From NCBI GenBank assembly GCA_965215235.1, contig OZ244053.1:3431192-3495191 (forward strand): DNA of 64,000 nt, given 5' to 3'. A model generated the notes under the pieces. That model worked only from the letters and a program-made list of their open reading frames with translations, ran no database searches and was not told the DNA's origin. The position numbers and the translations under genes are program-made. Shown one piece after another: positions 39,130-48,713 of the stretch (position 1 is the stretch's first letter; each line of letters starts with the position of its first letter). This DNA is from Terriglobia bacterium (GTDB lineage Bacteria; Acidobacteriota; Terriglobia; Versatilivoradales; Versatilivoraceae).

Positions 39130-40336
39130 CTTGCGGTTGTAGCATCTCTGTAAATAGTTGTCAACGCTCTGTGCGGGTTCAGTACCTGTGAGACTCGGTC
39201 GGGCGGCCTTGCAGGTATCAAGGGACTCCATGGACGTCCTCATGTCCAGGGATCGGTGAGGTCGGATGTCATTGTAGAAGTGCTGGTAGTCGGCGAGGGC
39301 GGCGGCGACGGTGAGTTGGCGCTGTAGAGGTTTCAGAACTCCACGCGGGCGCTGTGGTTGGCGCGTTCGACAGTCCAATCACTCCCCCCTTGAGGGGGAG
39401 TCGCAGCCGCCAAACGCCGGCGGCTGCGGTGGGGGGACGGGGCGGCAGGACAAGCTGAGGGATATCCAGAGTTTGGCAGGCTGGCTCGAACTCAGCCCTG
39501 AACTCGCTGCCGCCGTCGACCTGGACGGAATGGAGAGCCTGCACTCCTGAGATCTGGCCTCCTGACAGGAGGCCAGCCTTCTTGAGAAGAAATCAGGCCA
39601 GGGGCAGGTCCTGGACCGCGGCCGGCAGGAAGCCTCTGGTGTGATTCCCCTCCTGGGAGGGGCTGCACTCCTCGGAGGAGTGCAGGGGTGGGTCCAGCGG
39701 TGGTGCGGGAATAGACGCGGGTCACCCTCTACTTGCCGACCGGGGAGACAGCCCGGAACTCTTGGAGCTGTACACCGTCGAGGGACACCGAGAGGTGATC
39801 GATCTGCACCCGTTCACCGGGTGGGGTGGCCTTGGCGCCCTAGCGCCAGCGCTGGGCGTGGCCTTGGTCGAAGCGGCGGCGCTTCTTCAGCTTGACGCGG
39901 CCCCGACAGAAGGCGCAGGACCTGATACGACCGAGCCGCACGCCTTGGGCCAGGATGCAGCCAGGGTGGATTCACCCGGATGGACGCCCTGGCGGGCCAG
40001 CAGGACAGGCAGGCGTCACTTGCCCATGAAGGGATAGCGCCGCCGCAAGGCCCGGACCTGGCGCTGCTGGGCCGGGGTCCATGGCCGCCTTCGGAAGCGT
40101 TGCGGTCGTCGGCTGAGGGCTGCCAAGCCCGGGGGGCCGTGCTCCCGGTAGCGCGCGGCCCAGCCGAAGTCGGTGGCTCTGAACCCACCGATGGCCCGCA
40201 GGGCGGTCTTTGGGGAGCAGCCCCCGGCCCGTAAGTCCCGGTAGATTTCCAGTGGGCGCTGTCTGATGATAGCCTCGGCGGGCAGGGTGTCGTCGACTTT
40301 GAAACGGTGATCAGAGGGGATGGGCAGCGATGGAAT
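39130..40336 (-). pseudogene. Degraded IS481-like DDE transposase (HTH + rve) with an in-frame TGA and several frameshifts
   Basis: Minus-strand pieces: N-terminus ...GCSPKTALRAIGGFRATDFGWAARYREHGPPGLAALSRRPQRFRRRPWTPAQQRQVRALRRRYPFMGK-TGA-RLPVLLARQGVHPGESTLAA, then PGERVQIDH (first D), then VQVDGGSEFRAEFEPACQTLDIPQ (NGSEF-like), then the C-terminus LADYQHFYNDIRPHRSLDMRTSME. These lie in different frames, so the gene is non-functional as read. Confidence 0.75.
39136..39164 (-). promoter_or_regulatory. Possible sigma-70 promoter for tRNA-Gln (TTGACA-N17-TACAAC)
   Basis: Reverse complement of 39159-39164 is TTGACA; a weak -10 TACAAC lies 17 bp downstream, about 30 nt before the tRNA 5' end. 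Confidence 0.3.
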
Positions 40337-40902
40337 CTGCCGGGTTCAGGCTCCTTTCGGCTGGGCTCAAGGCAGGCCTTGGGTTCCTGGGTGGAAACTC
40401 AAGGTTATCTGAACGGGCGCGGCGTTGGGTCCTGAATTGGGGCCAAGCGCCGTTGCTTTGGGGGGGGGGGGTGAGTGACGAGGATTGGGGACCCTCAGGG
40501 CGCGGTTGTGGCGGGTTTAGGGCTAGGCTCGCTCCGCTCCCTTCACCCCAAACCCACCATGGTTGGCATCCCGATCCATCTTCCCTCCAGCATTACCCTC
40601 ACCGTCTCACTTGTATCGGAACCCGGACAGCAACCGGGGGGTTATCTCCGATCCGATGGATCCGGGTTGCCTTTCAAAGCAGTAGTCCAATTCGAAGCTG
40701 CCGTCGAAATCGTCGGACGGGTTTGGGCGAGAAGTGGCTTCCGGCATCTCGGGCAGACATCGGACTCCAATGGCCCGCGTTGCGGACAGGACGGGCATTG
40801 GCTGAGAGATGACATCCAGTCTGACTCATATACCCCCAGGACGGTGTGGCCAATAAGGATTGGAAAGCCTCTACCATTGAGCCATAATAGACTCAATCGT
40901 CG

Positions 40903-41550
40903 TTGCCAACCTTTGGAGTGTTTCCCGTGGGAACCAGATCACACCGAGATGAGCGGGGCCAATCCATCGAAACTGAAATCAAAATCGAGTTGGCCGATCT
41001 CCCAAAAGTTCGCGATCGGCTCATTCAGCTCGGTTTTCAGATCCGAACCCCTCGAGCTTTCGAGGACAACTGGATTTTCGACTTCCCGGATCGCTCCCTA
41101 GCTCAACGTCGCCAGCTTCTTCGGGTCCGAGCCTTCGACGGTCGGGCCTGGATCACCCTGAAGACCCCATCCCGTCGTTCCACCCACTTCAAGGTACGAC
41201 AGGAACTGGAAACAGAACTCGGCGACGCCCAAGTGGGCCAGCGGCTATTGAGGAGCCTTGGTTTCCAGCCCAGCTTCCGTTACCAAAAGTTCCGGACTGT
41301 CTTTGAGCGCAAGAACTCATCCAGAAGAAAACTGACTGTGACGTTCGACGAAACGCCCATTGGAAACTTTCTGGAAATCGAGAGCTCTGGCCAAGAGATT
41401 CGTAGCCTGGCCGCCCAGCTTGGTTACAAGCCAAGCGACTTTATACAAGACAGTTACTGGCAGCTCTACCAAAAACGTCGACCAAGATCGTCCAGGGCCT
41501 TCCATGATTTTCCGGCGGCGATCCTAAACAAATTCCACTCCCGGTCGTAA
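40903..41550 (+). CDS. CYTH-domain protein (CyaB/thiamine-triphosphatase-like)
   Basis: N-terminal IETEIKIEL (ExExK) CYTH signature; 215 aa. Confidence 0.65.
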   Translation: MPTFGVFPVGTRSHRDERGQSIETEIKIELADLPKVRDRLIQLGFQIRTPRAFEDNWIFDFPDRSLAQRRQLLRVRAFDGRAWITLKTPSRRSTHFKVRQELETELGDAQVGQRLLRSLGFQPSFRYQKFRTVFERKNSSRRKLTVTFDETPIGNFLEIESSGQEIRSLAAQLGYKPSDFIQDSYWQLYQKRRPRSSRAFHDFPAAILNKFHSRS

Positions 41551-41617
41551 ATCTTATCCAAAGATCCTGCACGGCGAGGCAGGCTCGAATTTGCATTTGA
41601 GCTGGTTGCTGCAAGGG

Positions 41618-42286
41618 TTAGTGTCCCTTCCCCCGATAAAATTGAAGAACTTGACGAATGTACTCGTGTGTTTCGGCAAAGGGTGGAATCCCGTGATAAT
41701 TCCTTACGGCTGAAGGGCCTGCGTTGTAAGCGGCCAAAACCAGGGTAAGGTTCCGATTAAACTCAGCCATCAGGTGCTTCAAGTACTTGACCCCTGCTTC
41801 CATGTTTTCCTTGGCATCAAAAACATCCTTGACTCGGTAAGCCGAAGCGGTTTCGGGCATGAGCTGCATCAATCCACTGGCGCCCTTGTCGGACACCGCC
41901 CACGAATCGAAATTGGATTCTGCCCGGATGATCGATCGCACCAGCTTCTCGTCCAGTCCGTGTTTTCGAGTGACCTCGCGGATAACCCGATCGACTTCCT
42001 CCCGGGTGGGCCTCGTCCTGGCCACCGGCTCGGCAGGCACTGCCGGCGCTGCAAACGACGGTGGCTCTTGGGGAAGCGGGACGAAGCGATCGACCCAATC
42101 GGCAGGAATCTCTAGCCGCCCTCGACCCAAAAGAGTCAGAACCACCCTGTCCGTCCCCATCCGGTGGTCTTCGATCCTCATGCTTCGACCATTCTTGAAG
42201 TAAACCAGCTCAGCAGCCGACGGGCTGGCGGCAGCCCCAAACATTATGAGCGCTAAGCCAATCTTGGGTATCCAGAACAATCCCAC
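41618..42286 (-). CDS. Lytic transglycosylase (SLT domain) with signal peptide
   Basis: ESNFDSWAVSDKGASGLMQLMPETA is the SLT catalytic motif. Confidence 0.8.
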   Translation of the reverse strand: MGLFWIPKIGLALIMFGAAASPSAAELVYFKNGRSMRIEDHRMGTDRVVLTLLGRGRLEIPADWVDRFVPLPQEPPSFAAPAVPAEPVARTRPTREEVDRVIREVTRKHGLDEKLVRSIIRAESNFDSWAVSDKGASGLMQLMPETASAYRVKDVFDAKENMEAGVKYLKHLMAEFNRNLTLVLAAYNAGPSAVRNYHGIPPFAETHEYIRQVLQFYRGKGH

Positions 42287-42396
42287 TGACGCCTCCGGTG
42301 ATGAGGATGGAGAAAGTGAACTCTCTCCGCTTCACGGGAGAGTTAACCGGCTAAAGTGCGATCAAGACCGTCTCGTCTCCAAAATTCCATTTTCCT

Positions 42397-43230
42397 TCAG
42401 AGAATAAACCGGTGAAGGGCTCGGGCCACTCCCAAATCGTCATTGGATGCCGTTTCATAAAATCCTCGGCCCTTGAGCGCCTCCACCCCGTTGGCCATCA
42501 CCACACTCACCCCAGCGTAATCCAGCATTTCGAGGTCGCTGTGATTGTCGCCGATGGCCAGGATTTCCGTAGCCTGGATGCTATGAGATCGCGCCCAAAA
42601 GTCCAGCGCAGAGCGCTTGGAGCAATCCTTGTTCAACACATCGATGATTCCCAGGTTCTTTTCCCAATAGTAAGTCTTGGCTATTCGCACATGCTCCTGG
42701 AGGCCGGACTCCTTGAGGCAACCTTCGACGGCTTCCATCAAGTCGAGCGGCCCGCTGAACATGATCTCGATCAAGTCGCTGTCAATCTCGCTCTGGAGCG
42801 ACTGCACTTGAACCGTCGCCTGAGGCGCCTTGTTCAGATAATGTTGTAACTGTCCATTGGTTCGGGGCCGAGCACAAACCACCAGTTGCCCGGTCGCAGG
42901 CCGATCTTTGTGCAAGACCGTGCAGTCGACGAAGCTCGCGGTGGCGGACAAAATCGCGCGCGCCACCTCGGGCGCCAGAAACCACCGGGCCAGCCTATGG
43001 GATTGGATTGGGCACTTGATCATTGCTCCATTGTTCACAATAAGCGGAGACGACAACTCCAAGGCCTCAGCCACCCAGACGGCAGCGCCAAAACGTCGTC
43101 CCGTCACCAGAAGAACTTCGACCCCTCGGTCGAGTGCCTGGCGAATCGCTGCAACATTCCCAGAGGGAAGTTGGCCTGAGCTGTCGAGCATGGTCCCATC
43201 GATATCCACAGCAATCCACTTCAGCGCCAT
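42397..43230 (-). CDS. Cof-type HAD-IIB family hydrolase
   Basis: AVDIDGTML (DxDGT) and the C-terminal GDNHSDLEMLDYAG motifs. Confidence 0.8.
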   Translation of the reverse strand: MALKWIAVDIDGTMLDSSGQLPSGNVAAIRQALDRGVEVLLVTGRRFGAAVWVAEALELSSPLIVNNGAMIKCPIQSHRLARWFLAPEVARAILSATASFVDCTVLHKDRPATGQLVVCARPRTNGQLQHYLNKAPQATVQVQSLQSEIDSDLIEIMFSGPLDLMEAVEGCLKESGLQEHVRIAKTYYWEKNLGIIDVLNKDCSKRSALDFWARSHSIQATEILAIGDNHSDLEMLDYAGVSVVMANGVEALKGRGFYETASNDDLGVARALHRFIL

Positions 43231-43376
43231 CAGATCTCCACGCGGTCGGGTAACCCGGAATCATACCATGACCTGTCGACCGCGGAATCCGCTCCAACAG
43301 TAGACCATTGAGCGCAGGCGCGAAAGACCCGTGAGTTCAAAGATCCGAGGTAAGGTGAATCACCCATTCCAGAGGA

Positions 43377-44072
43377 CTACCCCGAAACATCGATCCTATC
43401 GTTGGTGGTGGGATAGAAACTCAAGGTCATCACAAGAGTGCCGACGGTGGGACGGCCAAGGAAGGTGGCAGGGGCCATGTAAACCCCAAAGTGGAGGAAT
43501 TGATCCAAGAGTTCGAGACTTTGCTTATCTTGGGGCCCGCTCAAGACCTTATAGTCAATCACGCGACCATCGTTGCCCACCAGAGTCTCCACGGTGACCG
43601 GTTGGTTCATGAACGCCAGATTTTCGCCAGACACAACCGGCAACATCGCCAGGGATCTGGCGCGGGGCTCGGTGAACAATCCCAAGGCCGCGTCCTGGTC
43701 GCCGGCGCCAAGGCTTGCGCCCGTAAACAGGGTGCTTAACAGCGCCACAAAGGCCAGTCCGGTCAAGACAACTCCGCTGAAGGCTGGAACGGCCAAGGGA
43801 CTCACAAGATCACCGAACTTCCCGACGATCTGCTTCAGGGGAATCCACTCTCCCTGCTCGGAGGTGGCGCTTCTGATTCGGAAGCCCAGATCCGGGGGCG
43901 GCTTCTGGCGGTCAAGTCGTTGCATCACTCGCTGCAGCGCCCTCAACTCATCCAACTCTCGTTGGCACGCGGCGCAATCCTCCAAATGATGCGCGATCTC
44001 GGCTGCCTCGCGCCAGACCAAGCTGTCATCCAGATAAGCTGGTATCAATCTGAGGACCTTTTTGCACTTCAT
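43377..44072 (-). CDS. Anti-sigma factor (zf-HC2 N-terminus, one TM)
   Basis: HHLEDCAACQRELDEL (HxxxCxxC) N-terminal zinc-finger, a central TM helix, immediately downstream of the ECF sigma gene. The start could also be 44117. Confidence 0.7.
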   Translation of the reverse strand: MKCKKVLRLIPAYLDDSLVWREAAEIAHHLEDCAACQRELDELRALQRVMQRLDRQKPPPDLGFRIRSATSEQGEWIPLKQIVGKFGDLVSPLAVPAFSGVVLTGLAFVALLSTLFTGASLGAGDQDAALGLFTEPRARSLAMLPVVSGENLAFMNQPVTVETLVGNDGRVIDYKVLSGPQDKQSLELLDQFLHFGVYMAPATFLGRPTVGTLVMTLSFYPTTNDRIDVSG

Positions 44073-44128
44073 TTCCCTTCTCCCTTTGAGGATGGGCGCC
44101 TTACCAAAAATTGGCATCCAATGAACCC

Positions 44129-44749
44129 TTAGGGCCTCTCCTCAATTAAGTGACTCAGACGCTTCCTGAGCTGGGACCGAGCGCGCCACAAACGCGATTT
44201 GACTGTCCCCAGAGAGATGCCGAGGGTTTCGGCAATCTCCTCATAGGTAAACTCCTCGATGTCTCGCAAGACAATGACCGTGCGGAATTCAACGGCCATG
44301 GCGTCCAACGCTTGTTGGACAGCCCGCTCTGTCTCCCGTCTGGCACAGGCAGCCTCCGGGCCCAAGCCCCGATCAGGGACCTCCAACGGTTTGGGGCTTT
44401 CCCAGGAAGAGGGTATCGGACTGTCCAGCGAGAAAGGCACATGGTTTCTCCAGCGCTTCCACCAGCGACGGTGGTTGAGGCTGGTTGAAAGAGCGATTTT
44501 GTAGATCCAAGTCTGGAGCCCACAATCTCCGCGGAATCGACCAATACCCTTGTAGATTCTGACAAAAACCTCTTGGGTCACATCCGATGCCTCAACCGGA
44601 TTCCCCAACAGGCGATAAGCAAGGTTATAGATGGGCGCTTGGTAGAGGTGAACCAGCGTCTCAAAAGCTTCCTCGGAACCCAACTGCAACCCATCCACCA
44701 AGGCCAGTTCGTCGTCGAGGAAATTCAGTCCTATTTCACAATTGCTCAA
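44129..44749 (-). CDS. ECF-family RNA polymerase sigma factor
   Basis: Sigma-70 region 2 (YQAPIYNLAYRLLGNPVEASDVTQEVFVRIY) and region 4 (FTYEEIAETLGISLGTVKSRLWRAR). Confidence 0.85.
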   Translation of the reverse strand: MSNCEIGLNFLDDELALVDGLQLGSEEAFETLVHLYQAPIYNLAYRLLGNPVEASDVTQEVFVRIYKGIGRFRGDCGLQTWIYKIALSTSLNHRRWWKRWRNHVPFSLDSPIPSSWESPKPLEVPDRGLGPEAACARRETERAVQQALDAMAVEFRTVIVLRDIEEFTYEEIAETLGISLGTVKSRLWRARSQLRKRLSHLIEERP

Positions 44750-44836
44750 GAGTCTCTCCCGAGAAGTGCCAGCCGTATCCTCGACCTATGAATCCAAGAT
44801 AGCAAGCCATTGGCCTGTGAGACAAGACTCAGCCCT

Positions 44837-44865
44837 TTAGACCCCGCTGGGAGAAGAAATGTTCC
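44837..44865 (-). promoter_or_regulatory. ECF/sigma-E-type promoter GGAACAT-N16-GTCTAA upstream of the ECF sigma gene (candidate autoregulatory promoter)
   Basis: Reverse complement of 44837-44865 reads GGAACATTTCTTCTCCCAGCGGGGTCTAA, matching the sigma-E-like consensus GGAAC-N16-GTCTAA, about 85 bp before the sigma start codon. Confidence 0.55.
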
Positions 44866-45265
44866 CCCGGATGAACGTTTAATTCCCAAATCTATTTTTT
44901 TAACAGTCTTATGAATAGGGATTCGCTTCCCGAAAGGGAAAGCGGCCAGGATTGAGAAGGATGGCCACGGCCAGCAGTTGCCAGTGTCAATGGAAGTTGG
45001 AAACCGCGTGATCACGAAGACCAGCGGCCACAGGCTGAAAAGTTCTTGCCCAACAAAAAGGAAAACACTAAGATTACCAACCGTCTGAATCTTGCGCTGA
45101 TTGCACCTACAGCTAAAGTGCCCGCAGTGTTCGCATCATCAGTAACTCACTAGAGGGAGTGTGGAAACGCTTCCCTCGTCTTTGCTTTGCTGTCTTGCCC
45201 CACAAAGTTGTCCCAATTCATCTAAAGATTCGCAACTGAATCGGTTGCGAGGAGGAAGCAATACC

Positions 45266-45667
45266 TTGAAATTTACACTAAAAATTGTTGACGACGTTTG
45301 CGTTCTAAAACTGGATGGTCGGTTCATGACAGGAGGCGACGGCTTCTTTCTGAAGCAGAAAGTCCAGCACATCCTGGGGATGGGAATTCGAAAGCTGGTG
45401 GTGGACATGGACCAGGTTCCTCACATCGACAGCACCGGTGTCGGGTTTCTGGTCAGTAGCCACACTTCGATTACTCAGGACGGCGGTCGCTTGGAACTTC
45501 TCAAGGTTAAGCCTAAAATTCTGGAAGTACTTAAAGTCATGAACCTTCTTCCCTCTTTTGAGATTTTTGATGATGAAGAGGCTGCCATGAGGAGCTTCAC
45601 CAACAACAAAAAGGCAGGCGCCCGTAAGAAAAAGAAGCCCGTCAAGGCTAAAAAAGAGAAAGTCTAA
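45266..45667 (+). CDS. STAS-domain anti-sigma-factor antagonist-like protein with a Lys-rich C-terminal tail
   Basis: TTG start 8 nt after GGAGGAAG. STAS core (LKLDGRFMTGGDGFFLKQKV...IDSTGVGFLVS) plus the tail NNKKAGARKKKKPVKAKKEKV. Confidence 0.6.
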   Translation: MKFTLKIVDDVCVLKLDGRFMTGGDGFFLKQKVQHILGMGIRKLVVDMDQVPHIDSTGVGFLVSSHTSITQDGGRLELLKVKPKILEVLKVMNLLPSFEIFDDEEAAMRSFTNNKKAGARKKKKPVKAKKEKV

Positions 45668-45709
45668 GCAGTGTTCACCCCTACTTAGGGAAACACCGCT
45701 CCCCCAGGA

Positions 45710-46945
45710 ATGCCTGCCCAACGCTTGATTCACCCACTGCTTACCCTCACGATAGCCGCCGTCTTCACGGCTTCATCACTCTCTACTCCTTTGATTGCCG
45801 GCCCAGAGGGCGTTTCGGCCAAATTGGCCAAGATCGACCCAGTCGTACAGCGGGCCATCGATAAGGGCCAAATCCCGGGCGCAGTGGTGCTCGTGGGGCA
45901 GGCCAACCGCACTGTCTTTGAAAAGGCCTACGGTCATCGTAGCCTGGCGCCCAAGGTTGAGCCGATGACTTTGGAGACACGATTCGACCTGGCTTCCCTG
46001 ACGAAAGTGGTGGCGACCACCCCCGCGGTCATGCTGCTGGTTCAAGCAGGAAAACTGAAGTTGGATGATCCGGTGGTCAAACATCTGCCCCATTTTGGGC
46101 AACGGGGGAAAGAGAGCATTACTATCCGACAGTTGTTAACCCACTACTCGGGGCTGGCTCCCTTTTTCCGTTTGCCCCAAAGAGGACCTGGGGCCACTGA
46201 AAGAATAGTGGACAAGATCTACCAATCCGGCGCCTCGGCCAACCCGGGAACCCAATTCATCTACAGCGATCTCGGATTCATCTTGTTAGGCAGGTTGATA
46301 GAAGTCGTGAGCGGTGAGCGCCTGGATCAATGGGCTCAATCCCGAGTCTTCTCTCCGCTCAAAATGTCAGAGACTCATTTTGGTTCTCGTCTCAGGGATT
46401 ATCAGAAGACGGCTCCCACCGAAAAACGTGCTGATGGAACCTTTCTTCGAGGTCAAGTCCATGACCCCCTCTCGTCGATGATGGGCGGGGTTGCCGGTCA
46501 CGCCGGCCTCTTCTCCACTGCTCGCGACCTCGCTCGTTTCTGCCGAATGCTTCTGAACGAAGGGTCCCTCGATGGCGCCCCAGTGCTCAATCCGCAGACT
46601 GTCCGCCAAATGGTCTCTCCCCAATCCCCCCCGGGCAAGCCCGACATTCGGGGATTGGGGTGGGACATTCAGTCCGTTTACTCTTCCGTGAAGGGCGAAC
46701 ACTTTTCGCCTCTCTCCTATGGTCACACCGGGTTTACGGGAACTTCTCTGTGGATCGACCCCGAGATCCAGACCTACCTTATTGTGTTGACCAGCCGTCT
46801 CCACCCTGATGGAAAGGGCGACGTCAGACCGCTGCGAAAAGAAATTGCGAATATCGTTGGTGATGCTCTAACCCCTGGGTCCGGCAACGCGTCGGACAGT
46901 CAGGAAACCACCAGCTCTCCTCGAAACGACAAGTCCTCATGCTAG
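45710..46945 (+). CDS. Serine hydrolase of the beta-lactamase/transpeptidase superfamily (class C-like esterase)
   Basis: SxxK (SLTK), YSD and HTG motifs in the canonical order; signal peptide. Confidence 0.8.
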   Translation: MPAQRLIHPLLTLTIAAVFTASSLSTPLIAGPEGVSAKLAKIDPVVQRAIDKGQIPGAVVLVGQANRTVFEKAYGHRSLAPKVEPMTLETRFDLASLTKVVATTPAVMLLVQAGKLKLDDPVVKHLPHFGQRGKESITIRQLLTHYSGLAPFFRLPQRGPGATERIVDKIYQSGASANPGTQFIYSDLGFILLGRLIEVVSGERLDQWAQSRVFSPLKMSETHFGSRLRDYQKTAPTEKRADGTFLRGQVHDPLSSMMGGVAGHAGLFSTARDLARFCRMLLNEGSLDGAPVLNPQTVRQMVSPQSPPGKPDIRGLGWDIQSVYSSVKGEHFSPLSYGHTGFTGTSLWIDPEIQTYLIVLTSRLHPDGKGDVRPLRKEIANIVGDALTPGSGNASDSQETTSSPRNDKSSC

Positions 46946-46959
46946 ACTGAACGAAGAAC

Positions 46960-48433
46960 ATGGCAGCCTATTGTCAGCCATCTGAGTCGGCGATGACGTT
47001 TTCTACGATTGGCGCCCGCCCGATCGCTAAGACCCTCAAGATTCCAAGAGGTTGGCTGTGTCGGCAGATTGCCCTGGGTCTGATTCTGTTCACCTGGGCG
47101 CCGACCGCGTTGGGGCAAAGCAAGCCCATCCTGATTCAACCCCAAATCCAATTTCAGCGGGTGGATGGGTTTGGCGTCAGCGGCGCTAATGGCTGCGCCC
47201 GGGAAATCGACAGCCTGCCTTCGGCGGAACGCCTGAAACTCTTCGACCTGCTCTTCAGCGCCAAAGGAGCGGGTTTGAATATTCTTCGAAACGAAATCTG
47301 GTGGACGGGACAACGGGTAGGAATTACCGACCGCCTGCGACTTACAGGCTTGACCTTTTCTTTCGGAGACGACGAAAGGGAGACCTCCCAATTCTCATTG
47401 CTCCGTCAGGCCAAGAAACGGCAGGAAATACTTTTGAACAGTTGCATCTGGAGTCCCCCACTTTCCTGGAAGAGCAATCAGGCGGTGGATGGCTCGGGGT
47501 CACTCCGGCCCTGAACGCTACGGGGACTTGGCGGAATACCTGGTTGGCTATGTAGAGTACTACGCCCGGCTGCGTGGCCAACCCGTCCATGTGCTGAGTT
47601 TGCAGAACCAGCCTGGCAGGAAAGAGGCCCCCGTTGGCTGTCATTACGGAGCAGAACAACTGAAGGAATTGGTGAAGACCGTTGGACAGAGTTTCAAGCG
47701 GAAAAGAATCCGGACTCAGCTCATGGCGCCGGAGGTCGATTGGAACGAGGACGCGCCCTTCCTGCAAGCTGTGTTGGCCGATCGCAAGATCCGGCCTTTC
47801 CTCTCGCACGTGGGAGTTCAGTCTTCAGCGGATCACAGCCATCCAACCGACGCCGTCAGCCGCCTGAGCCGACAGAACAACCTCAAGCTGTGGCAGACTC
47901 AATTCACCACTCGATCCGGCGGCAAGGATGAAATGGATGAAGCCCTGGAACTGGCTCGAACGATCATTGATGACCTGGGCCGAGGGTGTCGAGCCTGGCT
48001 CTACGGCCCGGTATTCGCCACCCAGGTTCAGCCCGACCAACTGGGGCTGCTCGAACGCAAGGATGCCGGATTCCGTGCACCCAAGCGTTTCTGGACCCTC
48101 ACCCAATTCAGCCGATTCATCCCAAGAGATGCCGTCCGGGTGTTCGCCGCGGGAGGCAGCACACCGGTTGTGGCCTTCCGCAGCCCTGAGTACAACCAAC
48201 TGGTTGTGGTCCTGGTCAATTCGGGAAAAGTACCGCTCAATGAAGAAATCGAGCTTCGAGGATTTACGCTGGAACGTATCGGGGTTTTTCGAACTTCAGC
48301 CGAAGAAAACAATCAGGCTGCCCGCCACACTCTGGTTGCCGGCCCAAACCAGATACTCACCCTGGCCCCCAGGAGTATCACGACCCTGAGGGCTCTTCTT
48401 CGAAGACGTCCCTCCAACGAGTCCCGTGATTGA
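46960..48433 (+). CDS. Glycoside hydrolase family 30-like protein, split by an apparent +1 frameshift near 47489-47515
   Basis: IQFQRVDGFGVSGANG and WSPPLSWKSN in the first ORF continue as ...ERYGDLAEYLVGYVEYY...VHVLSLQNQPG in the +1 frame. The junction lies at a gggg/ccc run. Confidence 0.6.
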
Positions 48434-48713
48434 TCGTTGACTGCAGGCAGGCAATCCCTGAACGACTGCTGCACCCGCAGGACTCCGGAGTTCAAGCCAG
48501 TCGATCTTCCAAAGAAAAGGCCCAATCCAATCCCGACTTCCTCAATCTCCCATACGGCGCCTCCCAGCAAAAGGCGGGGCGCAATGGTCATCGGTGAAGG
48601 CTTCGGTATCAGTGCGGCCCGTGGAGGTATTGCAGGTAGGGAAAAGGAGCGGCAGGAGGATACTGACGGGCCGCCGGACAGGAACCAACCAGGGCTTGGC
48701 GCCCGCAGCAAGG

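Noticed and set aside
39370-39690. Cluster of perfect GC-rich palindromes (GCAGCCGCC..GGCGGCTGC, GGCCTCCTGaCAGGAGGCC, CTGCACTCCtcggaGGAGTGCAG), initially suspected to be REP/MITE-like repeats
   Set aside because: They lie inside the decayed transposase reading frames. The first, for example, encodes AAAGVWRL, which aligns to the TNGKVERF region. They are most simply explained by Ala/Arg/Gly codon symmetry in GC-rich coding DNA. No second copy occurs elsewhere in the window.
39098-40420. Possible terminal inverted repeats of the IS (shared CAAGGTT 7-mer at both ends)
   Set aside because: Only 7 bp match and the flanking bases diverge, which is insufficient to call IRs.
40475-41101. 208-aa plus-strand ORF spanning the G-rich tract and running into the CYTH gene
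   Set aside because: Its frame differs from the CYTH gene, its composition is low-complexity, and it contains the G11 tract. It is likely non-coding.
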